This document shows positions 42,101 through 49,626 of a stretch of DNA of 64,000 bases, piece after piece. Under the pieces are notes generated by a model. The model worked only from the letters and a program-made list of their open reading frames with translations, had not been told where the DNA came from and did not search any database. Origin of the DNA: Synechococcales cyanobacterium VAR_4_metabat_354 (GTDB lineage: Bacteria; Cyanobacteriota; Cyanobacteriia; Cyanobacteriales; Chamaesiphonaceae); contig JANOQI010000041.1 of assembly GCA_031414775.1 (NCBI GenBank), positions 64,001-128,000 on the forward strand. The letters are read 5' to 3'. How positions within the stretch are numbered: the stretch's first letter is position 1; every line of letters begins with the position of its first letter. Both the position numbers and the translations under genes were made by a program.

Positions 42101-42342
42101 TGTGGCTACTGTTAGATGGGACTGCTCAGTCCGAGCACCGCACCATGTCTGCTGGGCAAACGATCGGAGAACTAGGTATCCTCACCAGGAGGACATATAC
42201 AGAAACGATGGTTGCCACTAGTCCTCAGGTGTCAGTATTAGTGATTTCTGCTACTAGCTTTGATGATTTGCTCGATCGCGAGCCTCAAATTACTCGCTCC
42301 TTACTTGCCTCCATTAGTCAGCGTTTACAAACTTCCCTATGA
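39175..42342 (+). CDS. Polytopic membrane Fe-S protein (NapH/MauN-like Cys motifs) with HEAT-like, FHA and cNMP-binding-fold domains
   Basis: WRRMCP, WCQYFCP, CVSCQSPC; DPLVKAASLYAL; FHA VGRS...VSRRHA...DLGSSNG; PLF...EQGE...IGELGIL. Confidence 0.85.
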   Translation: MLSRVPENKMHLVRWLLTIGWVILIISAFYDPISLALTAPDNLLSPVRVHPERCVLEHGICLPQVSYALAPRIFWGVVIPVGVLILLVGGHETWRRMCPLYFLSQIPRKLGIQRKRKKTNAETGAVRQELVGVNAQSWLGKNYAYVQLALLFLGLNIRLLVADGSALGFGLFMVATVAAAITVGYLFKGRSWCQYFCPMAPVQVFYTSNRGLLGSNAHMSPPASVTQSMCRSVDANGKEKSACVSCQSPCLDIDAERTYWANLDRPEQLLLFYGYFGLMLGFFLYYYLHAGNWDYYFSGVWSHRERPLSSLLEPGFFINGRAIAIPEIVAVPLTLGLSTAASYWGGFGLEKLIKSQRQQWSDQQVRHVSYILTVFLSFNVFFIFAGRPNLELLPEWMELIFNGFLMLVAALWLQRNLLRSKPLYQRESLTGSLRRQLQKLTISWTEFLEGRSIEDLNTNEVYVLAKVLPGFNRQSRLQVYQGVLQEAVAEGKTQSANSLEMLQDIREELQVTAEDHYHILANLGIENPTLLDPSIQRSREDQLRLDSYQRGLEVLMLDLVASHVPIEQALQQKQAQINVMRQEYSISTAEQEQVLWTLFHPNSALLTTSTALLGKLQLWSTRQQSLTMIPPYPPAPVYHLLRSIVDDQQRLMVVQLFNILEMLADEPAALEIANTTSLLAPEIVKDLLDASTKKRLLPQICEILTNQKPVTVDTTRTVLLDPMDSLDATILNETITQITQLNSQSLPMMGLVEVLQDLLQEIDPLVKAASLYALQQLEPELTSRIVHTLDRGSEPLLQELIDQILQRPLAVEQVPTLTLDLEIYGQYDQQVYQQPIVSVGRSEENSLVILDRQVSRRHALFKLNAHGLAVRDLGSSNGLRVQQHYLHNEEQAIASGTKIHLCPSDDILITAHWSMMAANSKEQPITILEKILWLRSSPLFQALNHQSLLAVAQSSSLSIYTQGEILCEQGEPAQALWLLLDGTAQSEHRTMSAGQTIGELGILTRRTYTETMVATSPQVSVLVISATSFDDLLDREPQITRSLLASISQRLQTSL

Positions 42343-43922
42343 TTAAAATTAGACTCTTTGATTCCCAGAAACGAATTGGTTCTGGTCTCCAAGAACTATC
42401 GATCCAGCTGTCCGAAGTGCCTAATCAGGAATGTTTAATCGGACGATCACCGACCGCTTTTGTGGTCTTAGATGGCCAAGAAGTTAGCCGTTTGCACGCT
42501 AAGATTTTTTTTCATGACGATCAATATTACTTTGAAGACTTAGCCAGTAGTGGTGGTTCTTGGTTAAATGACCAAGTAGCAACGGCTAATCTTAAATATG
42601 CTTTGAAAGTAGGCGATGTGTTGACTATTGGTCGCTTTGTGATCATGATCAGTCAAATTGGTGATCCAGACCAGTCTACTATTATGGTGGTACGACCGGA
42701 GCCTACCCCAGAGGAGTATATGCCGGTGTTCGCGGTTAAGCCGCAACGATTCACTCGTTGGCGCAAAGGGGACATTGAGTTGACCTGCGTGGAGGTGATC
42801 AGTGAAACTCATGATGTCAAAACCTTGCGACTAGTTGCAGATCCACCAATACTTTTTAGCTACCAGCCAGGACAGTTCGTCACCCTAGAGCTAGAAATCG
42901 ATGGCGAAGAGGTTCTGCGTTCTTACTCGATTTCTTCGACACCTTCTCGTCCTCATAGTTTAGAAATCACTGTTAAGCGGGTGCCTCCAGCTGACCAAGA
43001 GCTGCCGCCGGGGTTGGTTTCTAACTGGCTTCATGACAATATTTCCGTTGGTAGTAAGCTTAAAATTAATGGTCCGCTGGGGAAATTCTCTTTTTTCCAA
43101 TATCCTAGTCGGAAGCTATTGTTTATTTCTGGTGGTAGTGGCATTACCCCAATGATGGGGATGTCTCGCTGGCTTTGCGATACTGGGGCAGAATGTGATG
43201 TGGCTTTTTTTCACAGTGCGCGCACGCCAGCTGATGTGATCTATCAGCAGGAGTTGATGTTAATGTCGGCTAGGCACCCAAATTTCAAGCCGTTCGTCAC
43301 CGTTACCCAATCCCAATCTGGTCAAAGTTGGCTGGGTTTGACTGGCCGGTTAAGCCCAGAAATGTTGAGATCAGTCGTGCCAGATTTTCTCGATCGCATG
43401 ATTTTTGTTTGCGGACCAGCTGCTTTTATGTCAGCTACCAAAGATTTAGTCGCCAGTTTAGATTTTCCGATGGAGCGGTACCACGAAGAAAGCTTTGGCA
43501 GCCCTAAAGCTAAGAAGCTTCTTTCTGGTCAACCCACTGGGCCACAGGGCAATGGTGGATTGCGGGCTATGTTGAAAAATTCAGAATCACCGCTGGTAGA
43601 TACTGCTCCATCAGTAGAAATGGATACGATTGCTGACCCGAATATTGTGGTTAGTGCCGTCGCCGTGGTTTTCCAAAAATCTAATCAGCAGGCTAATTGT
43701 GATGGTGAAGAATCTATCTTGACAGTGGCTGAGCAACAGGGCGTAAAGATTAGGAGTAGCTGTCGATCGGGTGCTTGTGGTACCTGTAAGAAAAAGAAAA
43801 TTTCGGGAACTGTGCAAATGGATGATTTTGACCCAGATGCTCTGGAGCCGGCAGAACAAAAAGCTGGTTATATTCTTACCTGTGTAGCTTTTCCGCGCGA
43901 TCAAGTAGTGATCGACGCCTAA
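42339..43922 (+). CDS. FHA domain - FAD/NAD(P) oxidoreductase - [2Fe-2S] ferredoxin fusion (Hcr/PaaE-like)
   Basis: IGRS...VSRLHA; RSYSISS, GLVSNWL, SGGSGITP, VCGP, EESF; CRSGACGTC...LTC; ATGA overlap with the upstream gene. Confidence 0.9.
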   Translation: MIKIRLFDSQKRIGSGLQELSIQLSEVPNQECLIGRSPTAFVVLDGQEVSRLHAKIFFHDDQYYFEDLASSGGSWLNDQVATANLKYALKVGDVLTIGRFVIMISQIGDPDQSTIMVVRPEPTPEEYMPVFAVKPQRFTRWRKGDIELTCVEVISETHDVKTLRLVADPPILFSYQPGQFVTLELEIDGEEVLRSYSISSTPSRPHSLEITVKRVPPADQELPPGLVSNWLHDNISVGSKLKINGPLGKFSFFQYPSRKLLFISGGSGITPMMGMSRWLCDTGAECDVAFFHSARTPADVIYQQELMLMSARHPNFKPFVTVTQSQSGQSWLGLTGRLSPEMLRSVVPDFLDRMIFVCGPAAFMSATKDLVASLDFPMERYHEESFGSPKAKKLLSGQPTGPQGNGGLRAMLKNSESPLVDTAPSVEMDTIADPNIVVSAVAVVFQKSNQQANCDGEESILTVAEQQGVKIRSSCRSGACGTCKKKKISGTVQMDDFDPDALEPAEQKAGYILTCVAFPRDQVVIDA

Positions 43923-43941
43923 CAGCAGTCTAAAAGGGTCG

Positions 43942-43976
43942 GGGATCGGGTGTAACCTTGAGTTACACCCGATCCC
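43942..43976. terminator. Hairpin between convergent reductase and nitroreductase genes
   Basis: GGGATCGGGTGTAAC-cttga-GTTACACCCGATCCC. Confidence 0.8.
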
Positions 43977-43987
43977 TTTCGCATTGA

Positions 43988-44644
43988 TTAAAGGTGCTGC
44001 ACCATTTCAGCTTGGTCATAACGCACTTTGGGCATAGTGGCATATTTATCGTCACTGGCTCGGTAGCCAGCCGGACAAACTAACGTAGCGGCATAGCCCA
44101 GATCGGTGAGGCCAAGTATTTCATCATATTTAGCTGGATTGAAACCCTCCATCGGACAAGTGTCGATACCCAGCATAGCTGCACTAGTCATGAATTGTCC
44201 GATCGCAATGTAAATCTGGCGAGTTGCCCATTCATCTAAGGTGAAAGATTTATTGGGGTTAGCCATAAATCCTTTAATCATCTTCGTTAAGCCAGCCAAG
44301 CCTTCGATGGGGACATCGCGGGTATCAGACATACTTTGAATGTATCGATCGACATCCAAATCGCTGATATCTTTTTTGATGGCCAGCACTACTAAATGGG
44401 AGGCTTCCACGACTTGAGGCTGATTCCAGGACTGTTCTAGTAGTTGTTGCCGCAAGTTGGGGTTATCCACCACGAAAAATTTCCAAGGCTGCATCCCAAA
44501 AGATGAAGGACTGAGGACTAGACTCTGCTCCAAAACATTCCAGATATCGCTAGGAATTTTTCGGGTGGGATCAAACTTTTTAACAGCATAGCGCCACTGT
44601 AGTTGTTGAAGAGCCTGTGCCGGAGATATCGTAACACTGGTCAT
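43988..44644 (-). CDS. NfsB-like NAD(P)H nitroreductase
   Basis: WRYAVKKFD, LSPSSFGMQPW, NQPQV, GIDTCPMEGF. Confidence 0.92.
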   Translation of the reverse strand: MTSVTISPAQALQQLQWRYAVKKFDPTRKIPSDIWNVLEQSLVLSPSSFGMQPWKFFVVDNPNLRQQLLEQSWNQPQVVEASHLVVLAIKKDISDLDVDRYIQSMSDTRDVPIEGLAGLTKMIKGFMANPNKSFTLDEWATRQIYIAIGQFMTSAAMLGIDTCPMEGFNPAKYDEILGLTDLGYAATLVCPAGYRASDDKYATMPKVRYDQAEMVQHL

Positions 44645-45081
44645 GAATCTTGTTCCTATTTGTAAATATATTGATATTATGGCTCTGTTGCAAAAAGATA
44701 ACTATGTCGAGTGAAAGGATAAATACTCACTTTTCCAGATAAAGTAAAGTTCGTATTTTCTTACCCAGTCACTCTATTGCTTCAACCATTAATACATCTG
44801 ATATCTTAGTTCCTTCTATGTAACACTAGTAAATATTCGAGGCGATTTTCTAGATTGATTATGGCAGTTTTCCTGAGCAACTCTGACTATTTTAAAACTT
44901 CTTTGAAGCTTTAATTGCATGTTGCAAAATAGAAATGATCTACAAAACTGTATAAATTCGACAGTGTAGTAGTGAATAGAAGGAACTGGGGAAGTCGATA
45001 CTTAATGATTAAGAATCACTGAATTGATCGAAAATCTCCTTGCCCCTCTCGAAATAGTCTGTTACCATAAGAGACTGTTGT

Positions 45082-45155
45082 CGGGACGTAGCGCAGCTTG
45101 GTAGCGCACTACTTTGGGGTAGTAGGGGTCGTGGGTTCGAATCCCGCCGTTCCGA
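45082..45155 (+). tRNA. tRNA-Pro(GGG)
   Basis: Acceptor CGGGACG/CGTTCCG, D-arm GCGC-AGCTTGGTA-GCGC, anticodon arm CTACT-TTGGGGT-AGTAG, T-loop TTCGAAT; CCA not encoded. Confidence 0.97.
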
Positions 45156-45178
45156 TCGGCATCTCAAATCCCCGGTAC

Positions 45179-45210
45179 ATCGGTTAACGAAGGCGTTAAC
45201 CGATTTTTTT
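45179..45210 (+). terminator. Intrinsic terminator after the tRNA
   Basis: ATCGGTTAACG-aagg-CGTTAACCGAT followed by a T-run. Confidence 0.85.
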
Positions 45211-45225
45211 GACTATGTTTTTTAG

Positions 45226-45822
45226 CTATAGCGGCAGCAATTCTGGGAAGTTTTGTAGTACTTGGTCATCTGATAGCTGATCGCCGAGTTGGGCTGGTGA
45301 AAAATGTATCTGGATTGCTTCTAAGCGGTTTTGATAGTGCAGGTTTATTAAACTTTTTAGGGCTACTTTCATCGCTCCTACTTCGGCTAAGTTGGCTTCG
45401 ATCGTGTCATCGGTGCCGGTAAAAGCTACCGTAATCATTACGACTAAATTGGGAGTTGGTGGGAGCGTCAACTCTTCGGCCTGCTTCGTTTGACCAGGAT
45501 CAGGATCGCTTAAATAGCGCTGCGCCGAATCAGTAAATAACTCATTGACATAGCCACCGGCTTGGCCTTCCTCCCACATCATATCGCCCTCATTGCCAGC
45601 AGCCCGCCAAGCATGTTCGTATTGCAAGAGGCTCTGACAAACTTCTACTAAGCATTCCCCGGTGATGGTGATATCGCCATCCGCTTCAATCATTTGGCGA
45701 CCAGCTTGATTGAGCACGCCCAGTACTGGTGTGACTTCGGTGCCATTGAGTTGCAGGAAAATACGCGACACCACATAGCGGGTTTTGCCGACTAATTTGT
45801 TGAACTGATCACCAATACCCAT
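45226..45822 (-). CDS. DUF1517-like hypothetical protein
   Basis: RYVVSRIF, AGNEGD, VNELFTDSAQRY, NFPELLPL; start reassigned to MGIGDQF to remove the overlap. Confidence 0.7.
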   Translation of the reverse strand: MGIGDQFNKLVGKTRYVVSRIFLQLNGTEVTPVLGVLNQAGRQMIEADGDITITGECLVEVCQSLLQYEHAWRAAGNEGDMMWEEGQAGGYVNELFTDSAQRYLSDPDPGQTKQAEELTLPPTPNLVVMITVAFTGTDDTIEANLAEVGAMKVALKSLINLHYQNRLEAIQIHFSPAQLGDQLSDDQVLQNFPELLPL

Positions 45823-45839
45823 AATCTTAACCTCGTAAA

Positions 45840-46874
45840 TTATTGCTGCACCCATTCTAAAGCACGATTCCATGCCCACCACGGATCGGCATCCAGATAT
45901 CGCTGCTGGCAAGCGGTGCTGCTGATATAACCCACATGACCGCCCTGTTTGGTCAGCATCAAATCAATAGCTGGTTGCTGCTGAGCGATCGATGCTAATT
46001 CCGGTGCTAAGCTCGGTTCAAACAAGGGATCATCGGCAGCGTAGATAATCAGCGTCGGCAGAGTTAATTTATCTAAAAAATACAGCGGACTGGTGGCTAA
46101 ATAATATTCCTGGACGGTAGCGAAGCCTAAACGGGGAATGACTAACTCTCGATCGAAGCCCTCAATGCTATTAGCTCGATCGATCGCTGCCGGGTCAAAA
46201 GCGTGGGGATGAGCAGCATGTAATTGCCAGGCCAATTTTTTCAGTTCTTTGGCAATGCTATTTTCGAGAATGCTTTTGATCGGGTGTTGGACTAGATAAG
46301 TGAGAGATCGATCGGACTCCAAAGAAGGACAAATCACAAAGCCCCCGGCAATGTCCTGAGCCTCCAGACCGACGGCTGCTGATAAAGCTGGGGCTTGCTT
46401 AATTCCCCATAAGGCCAGCTGACCACCCAACGAATAGCCACTCAACCACATCGGCGCTGGACAGCCTAAAGCTTTGGCCTGAGCTGCAATCCGCAGGAAA
46501 TCTTCTCCTTCATAAATGCCATCAGAGGTCAATTGCGGCGAGAGTAGAGCTGTTTGACCATGCGCCCGCCAATCGAACAATACGACCGCCCAGCCTTGGG
46601 TATAGGCTTTACGCCGCAAAACTTTTAGAAACCACTGATTTTCTAAAGTACCAGTGATGCCATAGGTGGCCACAATGGTACCCCGAGGATTTTCCGGGAT
46701 CGCCACTCGGCCATAGATTGGGACGCCATTAGCACCACTAAAGATATGCTCTCGATCGATCGGTTCTGGCTCAACAGTATATTTTTTCCACGTTTTACCG
46801 GCTCGCAATGCGGCATGCATGGTCATTGTTAAACCATTTGTTAGCCGCAAAGGGGCTTGAAAGTCTGTTTGCAT
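45840..46874 (-). CDS. YheT-like alpha/beta hydrolase
   Basis: DWRAHG, GYSLGG, AADDP, GGHVG. Confidence 0.88.
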   Translation of the reverse strand: MQTDFQAPLRLTNGLTMTMHAALRAGKTWKKYTVEPEPIDREHIFSGANGVPIYGRVAIPENPRGTIVATYGITGTLENQWFLKVLRRKAYTQGWAVVLFDWRAHGQTALLSPQLTSDGIYEGEDFLRIAAQAKALGCPAPMWLSGYSLGGQLALWGIKQAPALSAAVGLEAQDIAGGFVICPSLESDRSLTYLVQHPIKSILENSIAKELKKLAWQLHAAHPHAFDPAAIDRANSIEGFDRELVIPRLGFATVQEYYLATSPLYFLDKLTLPTLIIYAADDPLFEPSLAPELASIAQQQPAIDLMLTKQGGHVGYISSTACQQRYLDADPWWAWNRALEWVQQ

Positions 46875-46920
46875 ACCAGCCGGAAGAGAGAATTACTTTT
46901 CTTAAGGTAACTTAATATTG

Positions 46921-47829
46921 TCAGTTATTTTTAGTTGTCGGCACTCCCAACATTTGCCAGGCAATTTTGGCAGCTCCCAACATTCCCGACTGGTTGCCGA
47001 GCTGGGCGGTGGTGATTTTCACCCCTTGGCGGGAGGGCACGAGCACCCGTTCCGCAATTTCTTGCTGGACTGTTGGTAAGAAAAAATGGCTACTGGCACT
47101 GACTCCGCCCCCAATAATAATGAGTTCGGGAGTCAAAACATAAATTAGGCTGGTTAAGCCAATCCCTAAGTTGCGACCATACTTTTGCCAAAATTCCAAG
47201 GCTGTTGGATCACCAGCGGTAGCTAATGCACCCCACTTTTCGGCTGATCTGCCGGTATCACGCTGAATAGCGGTGGCCGAAACGTACTGCTCCAAAGAAC
47301 CCCGATTCCCGCTTTTACAAACTGGTCCATCGGCCTGAAAAGTAATGAGACCCAATTCCCCAGCTGTACCTTGGGGGCCAACATACAGTTGACCATCTAG
47401 AATAATGGCACCGCCGACCCCGGTGCCCAGGGTCAGCATAATCATATTGGGATGGTTTTTTCCAGCTCCCAACCAGGCTTCACCTAATCCAGCACAATTG
47501 GCATCATTGCTGACAATAGTTGGTAATCCGGTTTTGGCTTGGAGCCAGCTAGCGATCGGAACATCATGCCAATCATCCAAATTGATGGCCAATCTGGCTA
47601 TCTGACCGGTGTGATCCACCGGCCCTGGCGTGCCCAGTCCAATACCGCGCAGGTTACTAACATTACTGCCGATGTCCTCAATGCCTTGTACCATAGCAAC
47701 TAGGACTGCTGAGGGGGTGGAAGGCTGGGGGGTGGGAACGCTCAAATGTTTGAGGCAGCGACCATCTGGTGTAAATCGACCAATTTTAATGTTGGTACCG
47801 CCCAGATCGATGCCAATTACTTCTGCCAT
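46921..47829 (-). CDS. ROK family sugar kinase (glucokinase-like)
   Basis: GIDLGGT, NDANCA, LTLGTGVGG, AGELG, GNRGSLE. Confidence 0.92.
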   Translation of the reverse strand: MAEVIGIDLGGTNIKIGRFTPDGRCLKHLSVPTPQPSTPSAVLVAMVQGIEDIGSNVSNLRGIGLGTPGPVDHTGQIARLAINLDDWHDVPIASWLQAKTGLPTIVSNDANCAGLGEAWLGAGKNHPNMIMLTLGTGVGGAIILDGQLYVGPQGTAGELGLITFQADGPVCKSGNRGSLEQYVSATAIQRDTGRSAEKWGALATAGDPTALEFWQKYGRNLGIGLTSLIYVLTPELIIIGGGVSASSHFFLPTVQQEIAERVLVPSRQGVKITTAQLGNQSGMLGAAKIAWQMLGVPTTKNN

Positions 47830-47958
47830 GCTGTTAGTCTTAATTGCAAACTATTCAAATTTAGTTTACCTGCTTGACTCCAGATAAATTCGGGTGGCTC
47901 ACTAAGCTTATCAGCTGGCGCTGGTGGCTGATGCTGGAAATTAGCTGGGCGCTGTTAT

Positions 47959-49599
47959 TTAGATAGTTTTAACAATCAACCACAGACCTAAGATACTCGC
48001 TGCTCCGAATAAAATATTACTGAGTAGTTGTAACTGAGGAGTCTGGGCACTAGCTGAGATAATGGCTGCCCCAATAATCAGTGATCCTACCACCGTACTA
48101 AAAGACCGCCGATTAGCCGCTTCTCCGATCCCCTTCTGAATGCCATCCAAATCTTGAATAGTGATATTTAGCTTTAAGGTTTCTGAGCTAAAACGGTTGA
48201 GCAAAAAAGCCAGCTGCCGGGGCGACTGTAGTGATAAGTGCTTTAGCTCTAACCCCGTTCGGAGCAATGATTGCACTAGATCGTCACCGACCAGCTGTCG
48301 CTGAAACATATCATTCATCAGCGGTCGCACTTCCTCAAATACATTGATATTGGGATTGAATTGCCGCCCCGCTCCTTCCAAGTTCGCTAAGGATTTAGCA
48401 AATAAGCCAATATTACTGGGCCAGCGTAAGTTATTACGTCGTGCTGCTTGCAGGATTTCATAGAAAGCCTGACTGGCATTCATATTTTGCAAGCTCACGT
48501 TATTGTATTTATGCAGTAATCTGTCGTAATCCCATTCCAGTCTAGACAGGTCTATTTCTCCCATCGGTTCAGCTAGTTGGAGTGTGATTTGGGCACAGCG
48601 TTGGGCATCACTACTAACGATCGCTAGAATCATTTCTACCAAAGCTGCTTGTGTCCGGCTATCCAACCGCCCCATCATCCCACAGTCTAATACGGCAACG
48701 CGGCCATCATTTAAATAAAATAAGTTTCCTGGATGGGGATCGGCATGGAACAAGCCATCGACTAAATATTGTTGAAAAAAAGCGCGGAAGAGTAAAACGG
48801 TGGCGGCCTGTCGTTCATCAGCACTACTGCCGCCGTAATCTTTGCCAGTAAATTGTGCCGATAATAAGGGCACACCATCGAGCCATTCCATTACTAGTAC
48901 TTTTTGGGTGGAAAGCTGTCGATCGATCTCCGGCACCATGATTTTCTGCGGATCGAACCAGCGGCCAGCCAAAAGATTCCGACGCAGTGCTTCAGTATAA
49001 CTAGCCTCCTGAGTAAAATCTAGCTCCGCTTGCAGCGCCGTACTAAATTCTTCAGCCAAAGAAACCAGATCATAGCGCTTGCCAAAATCAGTACCCGATA
49101 GCAGTTCAGCGACTTGTTTAATCAGGGCGATGTCTCTAGCTACTAGTCGATCGATCCCTGGACGTTGTACTTTTAATGCTACCCGCTGGCCATTTTTTAA
49201 GATGGCTCGATGGGTTTGGGCGATCGAACCAGCGGCGATCGGTTGTTGGTCGATACTGGTAAATATATCAGTGAGTTTGCCTGTCACCTGCTGATGCAAA
49301 ATCAACTCAATATCTGACCAATCCACTGCTGGAACGTTCGATTGCAGGTCACTCAGCGCTGTAATATACTCTGGCGGCAACAGATCTGGTCGGGTGCTTA
49401 ATAGCTGTCCTAGCTTGACATATACTGGCCCCAAATCTGTCAAGATCTTCCGCAGAATAGCCGGTGGCGGGATATCTACCCGATCGGCTTTGCCCAGAGT
49501 TAAAAGCTGTCGCATGTAGTCCCAGCCATGCTTCAATAGCACTTCGACTATTTCTTTTTGCCTAGAACTATTAATGGTAGTAATGGCCCGCATTAGCAA
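47959..49599 (-). CDS. ABC1/UbiB family atypical kinase
   Basis: LGPVYVKLGQ, AAGSIAQ, ALKVQRP, FHADPHPGN, LDCGM. Confidence 0.92.
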   Translation of the reverse strand: MLMRAITTINSSRQKEIVEVLLKHGWDYMRQLLTLGKADRVDIPPPAILRKILTDLGPVYVKLGQLLSTRPDLLPPEYITALSDLQSNVPAVDWSDIELILHQQVTGKLTDIFTSIDQQPIAAGSIAQTHRAILKNGQRVALKVQRPGIDRLVARDIALIKQVAELLSGTDFGKRYDLVSLAEEFSTALQAELDFTQEASYTEALRRNLLAGRWFDPQKIMVPEIDRQLSTQKVLVMEWLDGVPLLSAQFTGKDYGGSSADERQAATVLLFRAFFQQYLVDGLFHADPHPGNLFYLNDGRVAVLDCGMMGRLDSRTQAALVEMILAIVSSDAQRCAQITLQLAEPMGEIDLSRLEWDYDRLLHKYNNVSLQNMNASQAFYEILQAARRNNLRWPSNIGLFAKSLANLEGAGRQFNPNINVFEEVRPLMNDMFQRQLVGDDLVQSLLRTGLELKHLSLQSPRQLAFLLNRFSSETLKLNITIQDLDGIQKGIGEAANRRSFSTVVGSLIIGAAIISASAQTPQLQLLSNILFGAASILGLWLIVKTI

Positions 49600-49626
49600 C
49601 TGACTCCTAAGATTTGTTGTCGAATT

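Noticed and set aside
45082..45225. tRNA-Pro as an integration site
   Set aside because: No integrase and no duplicated tRNA 3' end seen; a terminator and core genes follow directly
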